Part shown: one piece after another, positions 8,330 to 16,581 of the stretch
Layout: the number at the start of each line of letters is the position of its first letter
How positions within the stretch are numbered: the first letter of the stretch is position 1
Origin: Candidatus Nomurabacteria bacterium
GTDB lineage: Bacteria > Patescibacteriota > Minisyncoccia > Phycocordibacterales > UBA918
Reading direction: 5' to 3'
DNA length: 64,000 nucleotides
Assembly: GCA_020632135.1 (NCBI GenBank)
Contig: JACKGC010000001.1
Span: 180,241-244,240, forward strand
Made by a program: the position numbers and the translations under genes
Notes under the pieces: generated by a model
Database searches by the model: none
Seen by the model: only the letters and a program-made list of their open reading frames with translations
What the model was told of the DNA's origin: nothing

Positions 8330-9022
8330 TTAGAAGATATTATCTGGATCCTCTTGTGTAATGAGAGAATAAGGGATGATTTCGTTTTCATGACAAATGG
8401 CCCAAGGTAGCTGGTTGTGGGTAAAATTCACCAACTCACTACCTCGCTTTCCTTTCCAGTGACTAGAGATCTTGTGAATCAACTCCTCTTCCTCATTTGA
8501 AATGGCAGAAAACTTCTGTGCCTTGTTACTTGTGGATTCGTGGTAGGTATATGAAACCTTATCACCGTCATCCATTGTAGTGACTGTTATCTTCCCCTCC
8601 TCTTCTAATTCTAGGAGGGCTCGGAAATACATGTCCGGAACCGGACCGTATGGGAGGCGTCGGTACAACATACCGCTCATGCTTTCTAGATGATAGTAAA
8701 ACCATGCAAAGTCAGCCAAATATACGAGCTTGGCAAGTTTTGTGCGTCTGATCCCAGCTTTCCCACTGTCTCGTAAATACAACAAGATCATCTGTTTGTA
8801 TTTTTCAAAATTAGCCACCATACCAAGCTCGAGCTCTTCCATAGAAACACCGAGCACTCCAGAAAGTACATCAAACTCACTGACTGTTAGTTCACGACTT
8901 CCCTTCTCTACGGCAATGTAGGTGGGGCGTGACATGCCAAGCTTCTTGGCCACTTCGTCTTGAGTCAGCCCTCGAGCTTCACGCACATTTTTAATTGTTT
9001 GGCTATACTTTGTCTTAGTCAT
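8330..9022 (-). CDS. XRE-HTH + Panacea/DUF4065 antitoxin (TA module 2)
   Basis: HTH (RGLTQDEVAKKLGMSRPTYIAVEKG) plus TKLAKLVYLADFAWFYY...YGPVPDMY. Start taken at MTKTKYSQ (9022). Confidence 0.7.
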   Translation of the reverse strand: MTKTKYSQTIKNVREARGLTQDEVAKKLGMSRPTYIAVEKGSRELTVSEFDVLSGVLGVSMEELELGMVANFEKYKQMILLYLRDSGKAGIRRTKLAKLVYLADFAWFYYHLESMSGMLYRRLPYGPVPDMYFRALLELEEEGKITVTTMDDGDKVSYTYHESTSNKAQKFSAISNEEEELIHKISSHWKGKRGSELVNFTHNQLPWAICHENEIIPYSLITQEDPDNIF

Positions 9023-9038
9023 AAGACAAAGTATAGCC
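9001..9038. promoter_or_regulatory. 38-bp perfect palindrome spanning the -10 box and start codon of antitoxin 2
   Basis: GGCTATACTTTGTCTTA-GTCA-TAAGACAAAGTATAGCC. On the minus strand, TTGACA-N16-TATACT lies 8 nt before the ATG. Confidence 0.6.
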
Positions 9039-9235
9039 AAAATGTAAAGAATGTCAACTTCACAAGTATGGATATTTGACATCAAATATCCTACTGGGGT
9101 AAAATACCAAAGAAGGCGGGGCGCCTACGCGCCCCGCCTTCCCAAACAAACAGACCTAAGATCTGTTGCTCCTACTATAGCTGGTAGTACAAACAACAGC
9201 AAGGGTCATTTATCCGATAGCCTTGTTACGACAGT

Positions 9236-9442
9236 ATGTTCTACTACGTAAACAAAAACGCCCAGCCAACTTCGTACGATCATGAGGTGCACACCAAGAC
9301 TTGCTCTTGGCTCCCTGCCCCAGAAAATCGAATCTTTCTCGGCGACTTCAGCAGCTGTGCCGCAGCTGTCCGTGAAGCAAAGAAGCACTACTCCGACACC
9401 AACGGATGCTACTACTGCTCGAATCCGTGCCACACCACTTAA
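9236..9442 (+). CDS. small Cys/His-rich hypothetical protein
   Basis: 68 aa with HEVHTKTC...NGCYYCSNPCHTT. Followed by the terminator at 9458-9491. Confidence 0.5.
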   Translation: MFYYVNKNAQPTSYDHEVHTKTCSWLPAPENRIFLGDFSSCAAAVREAKKHYSDTNGCYYCSNPCHTT

Positions 9443-9457
9443 CCGTGTGACCATAGA

Positions 9458-9491
9458 CCAAAAAGACTGACCTGAAGGTCAGTCTTTTTGG
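9458..9491. terminator. bidirectional terminator CCAAAAAGACTGACC-TGAA-GGTCAGTCTTTTTGG
   Basis: 15-bp perfect stem between convergent genes. Confidence 0.8.
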
Positions 9492-9630
9492 TCTATTTTG
9501 TTGAGATCTTTTTTGTTGCTCACAAACTAATTCGAGATTAGCCTTGATGACCAAAATACTCTCGCAAATCAGCCTGCGAAATACACTGACCCTACCCGAC
9601 CTTCACAACATGCAATATACCTCTCAATAT

Positions 9631-12024
9631 TCACTTCAAAAATCCCAACTCGAATACTTGCGGTCGGATTTTGTCACTGAGTGTTCTGTAGGCTGTTTCA
9701 AATTCAGTAAACGATACCGGTGGCACGTCACCAGCATCATTACGTCGTTTAAGCGTATTTCGGATTTGGTACCAACCGACATCAGGACGATTCAACTTCA
9801 ACTCCTCCCGAACTGTATACGGATCGGTGTGTTTGAAATATTCGCTCCAAAGTTCGCGTCCACGCGCGAGCACCTCGGTTGCTTCGAGCGACCACTCCTT
9901 CTCTGCCATGTACCGCACCATAAAGTCACTCTCGAAGCGCTCGGGCGCACCGACCTGCTGCTCAGTAAACGGAATAAAGTGATTGACAATACTCCACTTC
10001 TTTTCATTCCACTCTAAATCATTGGCGCTCGCGGTAAGATTGCTGCTATTGAACAACATCCAGACCAGACAATCATTTTTGAACTCCTCTGTCAGCTCAT
10101 CACTTGGCTGCAAGAACTGATCGCGGTCGTTTTGCCAAGTTGGCTTAATGATGCGGCGGACAGTAAACAGCACTGCAATTTCTTCAAGATTATGCGTATT
10201 TATGTAATATCCACCACTTGCACCATATGCGCGAGAGGAAAGAATCCAAGTTCCGTTTGCGTGCTGCACGTCATTACCTAGTGCGGTCAAGTATGCAACA
10301 GCACCATCTGACCATCTTTTCTTATCATGTTTTAAAGTTGGAGAAACCGCATTTGTCAAAGGAATGACTTCTGTTTTGTTTGATTTTGGTTTTTCAACCC
10401 ATGCGTTGAGCATGTGCTTATTAGGCACGTTGACAAATATCTTGTTACCAATTGGGCGAGCCTCAAAATCTAGTACGCTTGTTTTAATTTCTTTAATTTG
10501 ACTTAGGTAACCATCACCATGACTAGTCTGCCATACTAAAAAACCTATAGGAAAGGTACCTTTAATACCATCAAAGGATCTGGCTGGCACAATAAAACCT
10601 CCAATATATTCTGAATCCCACTTTTTCCTAAATGCTTCAAAAAAGGGCGCATTTACATATTTTAGAGTGCTAAACATGGCTAATGTTGCGTGTGGAATCT
10701 CCTTAGAAATTCGTACCACAAATTGTGTAAACAGCTCTCTAGTGGCGGAACCATAGCCATCCATCATAGTTTCAGCAACTCGTGTTTTTGCAACACCCTT
10801 CTTATTTTGTGCCCTTTCAGTACTTGAAATGTTATCTGCATTCATCGCTTCTGCATACGGCGGATTGATTAGTACTAAAATCTTCTTGCCACTTTTAATC
10901 GCGCGGCGAAGCGATTCGGGAATCTTATTGGTGAGACTATAGTCAATCTGCCCGTCGTCGGTAACATCATCATTGAGGTAATCATACTGGAATCGCTCCG
11001 CTGCAACACAAGTTTTGGTCGCTTTCATGACGTCAATATCAGCTTGATCAAGCGTGCTCATGTATATATTACGGTGATTACTATGCTTTATCTCCAAATT
11101 CCCTACACCACAACACATATCCCACACTAAATATTCGTCCTGCCACCCTTCACCCAGCGTTTCTGTTAGTTTGTCATAGGCTGCGTCCACCACATGTAGC
11201 GGTGTGTAGTATGCACCTTTAAAACTTCGCTCATCAAGTGGAATAAGGCTATCGCGACGTTCAAGCAAATAGTTTCGATATTCTTCTTTCGGTGGCTTGT
11301 GGTAAATAGCCCAGAAACGTCGATAACCTTCCTTGTTACCAAGCTCGTAGAGCTTTCCGCCAAGCGAGAACACTGGCGTTCCGTCTTTATGCAACAATTC
11401 CGCCGGCATATCCTTTACCGAGGACACTGTGCCGTCATGCATAATATCCGCGAAGAAAAGGAGCGCGTAGTCTTCTTCTGGCACATCAGCCAATTCACGA
11501 CCAATCATTTCTACCCAACGGTCGAAAACTTGCTTCAGGTTGCTTGGTGTAATCTGCGTGCGAATAATCTCACCCTGTTTAATGGCGTTTTTTACCGCAT
11601 CAATAAACTCTTGCTCGTGTGTCTTTATATTAAAGGACACCATATAGGTACCAATGTAGGCCGACACCGCAGCAAGCGCTTCTGGAGTAACATCACTCGC
11701 TGATTTTCCCCATTTAATATCCTTACGTTCCAAAATCGGCATCGCATCAATCGTTTTCATGATGGCCGCTTTTCCTACATCAATAACTGCCAAGAATGGT
11801 GGTAATTCTTCACCATGATCAAGCCACTCTTTTGCATAATGGAGTAACTGTGTGAACATCTCAAAACTGGTGTGAGTATGACCAGCTTTAGCCTCAAACC
11901 AAATTTCTTTAGTTTGAATGTCAATCAAACCTTTTTGATACTTCTTGAGGCCAAGTGCCTTTATGTAGAGATCCTTCACATCTTCCTCGCTCGAGGCAGT
12001 CTGTAGAGATTCATAGAGTGACAT
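9631..12024 (-). CDS. fused PD-ExK endonuclease / N6-adenine DNA methyltransferase (MmeI-like type IIG/IIL candidate)
   Basis: N-terminal LIDIQTKEIWFEAK (D-x8-ExK, as in MmeI). Methyltransferase motif I VWDMCCGVGNLE and motif IV LINPPYAEA. Long C-terminal region is a possible target-recognition domain. Start taken at MSLYESLQ (12024). Confidence 0.65.
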   Translation of the reverse strand: MSLYESLQTASSEEDVKDLYIKALGLKKYQKGLIDIQTKEIWFEAKAGHTHTSFEMFTQLLHYAKEWLDHGEELPPFLAVIDVGKAAIMKTIDAMPILERKDIKWGKSASDVTPEALAAVSAYIGTYMVSFNIKTHEQEFIDAVKNAIKQGEIIRTQITPSNLKQVFDRWVEMIGRELADVPEEDYALLFFADIMHDGTVSSVKDMPAELLHKDGTPVFSLGGKLYELGNKEGYRRFWAIYHKPPKEEYRNYLLERRDSLIPLDERSFKGAYYTPLHVVDAAYDKLTETLGEGWQDEYLVWDMCCGVGNLEIKHSNHRNIYMSTLDQADIDVMKATKTCVAAERFQYDYLNDDVTDDGQIDYSLTNKIPESLRRAIKSGKKILVLINPPYAEAMNADNISSTERAQNKKGVAKTRVAETMMDGYGSATRELFTQFVVRISKEIPHATLAMFSTLKYVNAPFFEAFRKKWDSEYIGGFIVPARSFDGIKGTFPIGFLVWQTSHGDGYLSQIKEIKTSVLDFEARPIGNKIFVNVPNKHMLNAWVEKPKSNKTEVIPLTNAVSPTLKHDKKRWSDGAVAYLTALGNDVQHANGTWILSSRAYGASGGYYINTHNLEEIAVLFTVRRIIKPTWQNDRDQFLQPSDELTEEFKNDCLVWMLFNSSNLTASANDLEWNEKKWSIVNHFIPFTEQQVGAPERFESDFMVRYMAEKEWSLEATEVLARGRELWSEYFKHTDPYTVREELKLNRPDVGWYQIRNTLKRRNDAGDVPPVSFTEFETAYRTLSDKIRPQVFELGFLK

Positions 12025-12035
12025 AGTGAAAAGAG

Positions 12036-12060
12036 TAGCACTTTCAAAGGTTTTATCAAT
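12036..12060 (-). promoter_or_regulatory. promoter/operator copy A (upstream of the RM fusion gene)
   Basis: Minus strand reads ATTGAT-AAAACCTTTGAAAGTGC-TACTCT then 7 nt to the ATG. 22 nt are identical to copy B. Confidence 0.55.
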
Positions 12061-12878
12061 CAATTTAGGTCTTTGGTGAAACGACACTGCAGGAAGGAGC
12101 TACATCCCCAAAATTTGCCTCGTTTTCCGTTTCGTACTACTAACTCATGTCCACAACGCGGACAAATTTCTGGCGCTTTTGTTTCATCGGCTTGAACAGG
12201 TTTTGTCATTGCTTCAAGGTCACTATCGAGCTTGTGTTCCAAATCATCGCCGTCCAACAAAATGACGTTGTTATCATTCGCAAATGTTTTGGCATCTTTG
12301 GTGAACCTACCTGTCGTAATCACAAAACCACCGACTGCACCTTCAGCCGCCATAACTCCATACAATTCCCGAACCACCTTTACTGACACCTTCCAAGTTT
12401 TATAGTGTTTACATTGGACCAAGTACAAACCCCCATCCTTGTGGAGCTTTATATCAAAACCACCATCTGCTCCCCCACCTCCAACCAGTTCAGTACCGTA
12501 CCCCTGCTTCTTAAACCACTCGGAAAGAAGAAACTCGAAATCCTGCCAACTGAGCTTATTTAGAGTTTCTCTAACTCCGTTCGAGGAGAGGCTCCGAAAC
12601 ATAAAGGCAGCCTTTCCTCGTTTGAAGAGATTTAAAATACCTCCTAGTAACATTGCAAGGGGTAAAAAATATTTCAAGAAAATACCAAAAAACATTTTAA
12701 AGATCAGCACTGGCAGACTTTCAACACTAAACGTTTCGTTCAAACTAAATGGGACCAGAAAAAATAAGAGCAGGGCCACGGTAATAGAAAGCCACCACGG
12801 TAATAAGGAACTTAAATCGACTAACTCGGAAAATAATTCTTCAGCAGGAGAGACTCTTGTGTTTCGGCGTCTAGACAT
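12060..12878 (-). CDS. membrane-anchored Mrr-cat restriction endonuclease with C-terminal topoisomerase-type zinc ribbon
   Basis: Three N-terminal TM helices. Mrr_cat core (FEFLLSEWFKKQGY...GGADGGFDIKL...LVQCKHY). C-terminal CPRCGHELVVRNGKRGKFWGCSSFLQCRFT. Confidence 0.7.
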   Translation of the reverse strand: MSRRRNTRVSPAEELFSELVDLSSLLPWWLSITVALLLFFLVPFSLNETFSVESLPVLIFKMFFGIFLKYFLPLAMLLGGILNLFKRGKAAFMFRSLSSNGVRETLNKLSWQDFEFLLSEWFKKQGYGTELVGGGGADGGFDIKLHKDGGLYLVQCKHYKTWKVSVKVVRELYGVMAAEGAVGGFVITTGRFTKDAKTFANDNNVILLDGDDLEHKLDSDLEAMTKPVQADETKAPEICPRCGHELVVRNGKRGKFWGCSSFLQCRFTKDLN

Positions 12879-12888
12879 CTGTGAAGGT

Positions 12889-12914
12889 TAGCACTTTCAA
12901 AGGTTTTATCCAAT
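12889..12914 (-). promoter_or_regulatory. promoter/operator copy B (upstream of the Mrr-like gene)
   Basis: Minus strand reads TTGGAT-AAAACCTTTGAAAGTGC-TAACCT then 6 nt to the ATG. Confidence 0.55.
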
Positions 12915-13045
12915 TGGCCACGAGCGGAGCGCAGGCGGAGACAAGCGGACATTGCTGTATTTTGCAAAATTATTTATACGTTCGGAGCTCTGGAGAAAGC
13001 CGATAAACGTTCCTTTGGTCTCATGGGAGTCCCTCCCCAACCGCA

Positions 13046-13082
13046 CACCGGATCGCGGTCCGTTCGCGTCCGGTGGTTTTTT
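13046..13082 (+). terminator. plus-strand terminator CACCGGA-(16 nt)-TCCGGTG followed by a T-run
   Basis: 7-bp stem followed by GTTTTTTATTTTTT. No plus-strand gene lies upstream. Confidence 0.5.
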
Positions 13083-13115
13083 ATTTTTTGTTATGTGGGG
13101 GTGAAGTGGGGATGT

Positions 13116-13147
13116 AAAGGCCGGCGTGAAGCGCCGGCCTTTTTTGT
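13116..13147. terminator. bidirectional terminator AAAGGCCGGCG-TGAA-GCGCCGGCCTTTTTT
   Basis: GC stem with A/T flanks, downstream of the 13169-14080 gene. Confidence 0.75.
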
Positions 13148-13168
13148 GTCTAATCCTCTACCAATTTG

Positions 13169-14080
13169 CTACAACTTCGCCTGCATTTTGGCGATACTCT
13201 CATTGAATGCAGCAGTGGTGAGACTAGCCGTACCTACCTTGCCAAGGGTCTCTACTTCGCTCAAGGTCTCGCCAACCAACAGCTCATTTACCGCCACAAC
13301 GAAGTCTGCGATCTTGCCTTGGTTATCGGGGTTAATGTCAGCACCAGCGATGTGCTGAATGACACCTGAGTCATCAACGGCGATCTTGAACTCAATGTTG
13401 TGCGTGCCGCCTGGGTATTCAAAGGTCACGACTTCAGTCAACATACGATACTCAGCGGCCACCTCCTCACTCGCAGCCTGAAGCGCTGCCTCACGAGCTT
13501 GCTCACCCTGAATAAGCTGAAATACGATCACTGCCACGGCCGCTAGAATGATGCCGAAGGAAAGGATGGTGGTACGAGTGTTGAGAATCCCCATCGCGCG
13601 CCAGAGGCGCAGCAGGTGGAAAAGTCCGGCGATCGCAAAAATAGCAATGACGTAGCCAACGAGGTAGGTAGTGAAGCTATACGGCAGCTGCCCAGCCAGG
13701 CCAAGTAGTGTCGCACCCCACCATGATGTGAAGGAGATGCTCGCGCCGAGCCAAAGTGGCACCAAACGCTTCTGGAGCGCGAAGGCATTGAGGAAGACCA
13801 TGAGAAACATGAGGTCTTTTATCCAGAGCTTTTCGTTGGTAAAAAGCACGTCGCTCCCCTGCGCTTCGAAATACCAAAACATACCCAAAACAGAGACCAG
13901 TACGATGGCCATCCCTGCCCGGATCATGCCGTAATTGACGTGCATGAGAGCACGCTCGTCCATACTCACACGCTTGTCTTTTAAAGCGCGTGCGATCTGT
14001 AGCTCAGCAACGGTAGCACCACCAGTACCTAGGATGGTACCAATGACGTGCAGCATCACGAGAAAGGTGTATATATCCAT
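13169..14080 (-). CDS. polytopic membrane protein with C-terminal FMN-binding-like extracytoplasmic domain (tentative)
   Basis: Start taken at MDIYTFLVML. About 6 TM helices. The C-terminal GGTHNIEFKIAVDDSGVIQHI...LGKVGTASLTTAAFNESI resembles FMN_bind. Confidence 0.55.
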   Translation of the reverse strand: MDIYTFLVMLHVIGTILGTGGATVAELQIARALKDKRVSMDERALMHVNYGMIRAGMAIVLVSVLGMFWYFEAQGSDVLFTNEKLWIKDLMFLMVFLNAFALQKRLVPLWLGASISFTSWWGATLLGLAGQLPYSFTTYLVGYVIAIFAIAGLFHLLRLWRAMGILNTRTTILSFGIILAAVAVIVFQLIQGEQAREAALQAASEEVAAEYRMLTEVVTFEYPGGTHNIEFKIAVDDSGVIQHIAGADINPDNQGKIADFVVAVNELLVGETLSEVETLGKVGTASLTTAAFNESIAKMQAKL

Positions 14081-14135
14081 ATGGATACAGTATATAGAAT
14101 ATGAAGAGGTGGTGCGGGGTGGTTGTGCACTGGTG

Positions 14136-14172
14136 GCAGACAGGCCGGGCGCTTTGCGCCCGGCCTGTCTGC
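14136..14172. repeat. 17-bp-stem GC hairpin of the CCGGGCGC-TTYG-GCGCCCGG family, no U-tract
   Basis: GCAGACAGGCCGGGCGC-TTT-GCGCCCGGCCTGTCTGC, located between clpS and the membrane gene. Confidence 0.7.
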
Positions 14173-14176
14173 CCAC

Positions 14177-14461
14177 CTACACCTCCTCAATTCGCACCCG
14201 CAGACCGGCCGCTACAAGCGGCTCGGCTACTTGCTCACATTCGCTGTGCGAGCCGGTAAAAATAGACACACACCCAAATTGCTCAGCCACCAACGCGTAC
14301 TGCATGGCTTGCTCCACGGTGCAGCCAATGGCTTTCTGGAGTGCCAACACCACATCATCATAGGTGTGGCAGTCACAGTTGAAGAGGAGAACGTGCCAAA
14401 GGGGCTCGTGCGCAATATCAAGATCGAGATCTTTGTTGGTGGCGGCTTTAGTGCGCGGCAT
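14177..14461 (-). CDS. clpS: ATP-dependent Clp protease adaptor ClpS
   Basis: WHVLLFNCDCHTYDDVVLALQKAIGCTVEQAMQYALVAEQFG aligns with the ClpS core. Confidence 0.75.
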   Translation of the reverse strand: MPRTKAATNKDLDLDIAHEPLWHVLLFNCDCHTYDDVVLALQKAIGCTVEQAMQYALVAEQFGCVSIFTGSHSECEQVAEPLVAAGLRVRIEEV

Positions 14462-14537
14462 GCCCTATCGTACTACACCGCCTGGCCGCCTTCTAGCACA
14501 CAGGGCACTCAAGAGTATTGACTGTACGTGGTAATGA

Positions 14538-15140
14538 TTGTATAGTCTTAATAGATATTCCTCACTGGAGACGCCCGTGAACATACTGCAACAGACTGCC
14601 CTTTGGTTACTCACTTCGCCCTACCTCAACACCTTCCTCCGGGGACCCGCCACTGAGTATCTGACGCGTGCCGTCGGACTTGACCTGGTGTCGGTATATA
14701 CTCGAGGTCAAACCATCGACGACATACTGCAGCAGGTCGCGCACAAGCTCGACGAAGAACGCTCGCTCTTGAGTCACGCTCGACTCCGGCTATGTCAGCA
14801 CTTGGTGGAGGATGGGGTGGTGCCAGCGCAAAACCTCGAGATCTTAGAAAGCTTGCTCGAGACACAACTCCTGTCACTACGGCTACAACGTGAATACCAG
14901 ATCAATCTCGCTGAGACCGTGGCCTGGGAACCAAGCTGGGCACCAGCCTTGAGCGGAAGCGGCGCTGCGCTCCTTGAGATCGAGAAGACCTACCGCCAAT
15001 CGCTCATTCCGTGGGAACATGATCCAACCTTCTTTGCGAAATTCCCACAGCACCAGGGTGAGCATCAGGCCCTCCAGCGTGAGGAGCGGGTGGTCGAATG
15101 GCACTGCGCACTGTGGTACGCCCTCCAGGGGGAGGAGTAA
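14538..15140 (+). CDS. hypothetical protein
   Basis: 200-aa ORF ending at a terminator. Alternative GTG start at 14577 after GGAG. Confidence 0.5.
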   Translation: MYSLNRYSSLETPVNILQQTALWLLTSPYLNTFLRGPATEYLTRAVGLDLVSVYTRGQTIDDILQQVAHKLDEERSLLSHARLRLCQHLVEDGVVPAQNLEILESLLETQLLSLRLQREYQINLAETVAWEPSWAPALSGSGAALLEIEKTYRQSLIPWEHDPTFFAKFPQHQGEHQALQREERVVEWHCALWYALQGEE

Positions 15141-15145
15141 AAAGT

Positions 15146-15175
15146 GGCCCGCGATCTTTGATCGCGGGCCTTTTT
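15146..15175. terminator. bidirectional terminator GGCCCGCGATC-TTTG-ATCGCGGGCC-TTTTT
   Basis: Shares the core CGCGATCTTTGATCGCG with the hairpin at 26790-26814. Confidence 0.75.
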
Positions 15176-15177
15176 CT

Positions 15178-15528
15178 TTATACCACCTCAATATACCCAG
15201 CTCGCGCTAAGTAAATTGAAAGCGCGACCGTATCGGAATCGGCCAAGATAAGTCCGAGGCTGGAAATATAGAAATGTGCTTCATCAATACTGAAACGGTG
15301 TAAGTGTACATGGATGTCACTCACCACCGGACGCTGGTAAAACGTTTTGCCACCTTCCGTCATACCTGAGAAACTACCATCCGCGGCTTGCGTGAAAGTC
15401 ACCGGTGCATCTTGCTCGCTCGTGAAGAAATTCTCATTAGTGTAGGTCGCAGGCACTGCAGCATAGAGTGGGAACGCCACGCCAAAAAGCGCTACAGATA
15501 AAACTAAGTTGAGTCCAAAACTTTTCAT
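15178..15528 (-). CDS. small secreted hypothetical protein
   Basis: Signal peptide MKSFGLNLVLSVALFGVAFPLYA. 116 aa. Confidence 0.55.
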   Translation of the reverse strand: MKSFGLNLVLSVALFGVAFPLYAAVPATYTNENFFTSEQDAPVTFTQAADGSFSGMTEGGKTFYQRPVVSDIHVHLHRFSIDEAHFYISSLGLILADSDTVALSIYLARAGYIEVV

Positions 15529-15562
15529 GCTCGAACTATAGTACTAGTTTTATTTTTGTCAA

Positions 15563-15599
15563 GAGAAAAGGCCGGCGCCGTAGGCGCCGGCCTTTTCTC
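15563..15599. terminator. bidirectional terminator GAGAAAAGGCCGGCGCC-GTAG-GCGCCGGCCTTTTCTC
   Basis: Long perfect stem with A/T runs. Confidence 0.8.
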
Positions 15600-15600
15600 C

Positions 15601-16020
15601 TTAATGCCAACCTCCCTGCCGAGAGCGAATAGTGCCGTAGATGAATCCGCCCGCCAGCATACCAACGATCGCAAATAAAAGTGGCCAATTGCCGGTACCA
15701 ACCGACGCCAGCGAGGTGGCCGGGCAAATACCTGAGATGCCCCACCCCACCCCAAAGATGATCGCTCCCACGACCGTGCGACGTGTCACCGGAAAGCCAT
15801 CGTGCCCGTCAAACTGCTTGCCAAATAGTGGTTTGCTCATCAGTCGCGCCACACCTTGAAATACGATGAGTGATACCAAAAGCGCAGTGCCGATCACCAA
15901 CCCCAGACCAAGATCGTCTAAATGCAAGAATGACAGCACAACCTCTGGCTTAGTCGCGCCCGCCAGCGCCAGACCAAAGCCAAATAATACCCCACCGATG
16001 TACATAGTTGCTTTTATCAT
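15601..16020 (-). CDS. YeeE/YedE-type sulfur-transport family membrane protein (second half-size paralogue)
   Basis: Start at MIKATMYIGG gives a 4-nt ATGA overlap with the upstream gene. GVGWGISGICP motif. Confidence 0.7.
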   Translation of the reverse strand: MIKATMYIGGVLFGFGLALAGATKPEVVLSFLHLDDLGLGLVIGTALLVSLIVFQGVARLMSKPLFGKQFDGHDGFPVTRRTVVGAIIFGVGWGISGICPATSLASVGTGNWPLLFAIVGMLAGGFIYGTIRSRQGGWH

Positions 16021-16496
16021 ACGAGTAGAACTGAAACGAGATGAGCCACCACAATGGCTGTGATCAGAAAGGTGATCGTAGCGACGAGCGATACTTTTTC
16101 GAGTGCTGCTAAGCCACAGATACCGTGCCCAGAGGTACACCCGCCTGACATGCGCGCGCCGATGCCCACCAGCACGCCTCCCACCAGAAGACGCCACCAC
16201 TCGACTCCAGTTGGTATCGCAACACCATTGAAAAAGGCATACAGCGTGCCACCACTCACGATGCCACCCACCAAAAACCAACGCCACCCACGCGAGATGC
16301 GGTACCACTCCGTTTGGAAAAAACTTTGGGTGCTGAAGTATGACCAAATGGACGTGAAGAAAGTTGACACGCCCGCCACCGTGCCAGTGAAAATAAAGGG
16401 AATCGCAATACCAAGGCCGATCAGCAAACCACCAAGCACATAGTGCTCAATACCAAGTGGAAATAATGCATCAAACATGGACACATTATATCGCAC
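16017..16496 (-). CDS. YeeE/YedE-type sulfur-transport family membrane protein
   Basis: GARMSGGCTSGHGICG motif and multiple TM helices. Alternative start at 16478. Confidence 0.7.
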   Translation of the reverse strand: MRYNVSMFDALFPLGIEHYVLGGLLIGLGIAIPFIFTGTVAGVSTFFTSIWSYFSTQSFFQTEWYRISRGWRWFLVGGIVSGGTLYAFFNGVAIPTGVEWWRLLVGGVLVGIGARMSGGCTSGHGICGLAALEKVSLVATITFLITAIVVAHLVSVLLV

Positions 16497-16581
16497 CCAG
16501 CCAGAAAGCAGTGCGCTGCTGTGAAAATACCTTGCAAACCAACACTAGTGTGATACATTTTGAGGAATCGCGGCCGCGGGT

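Noticed and set aside
13023-13369. Plus-strand ORFs 13023-13358 and 13166-13369.
   Set aside because: They run through two terminators and through the antisense of the 13169-14080 membrane gene.
15601-16347. 248-aa version of the second YeeE/YedE ORF.
   Set aside because: The first 109 residues are a Trp/Arg-rich out-of-frame reading of the upstream gene. The start at 16020 gives the usual ATGA overlap and a membrane-protein sequence.
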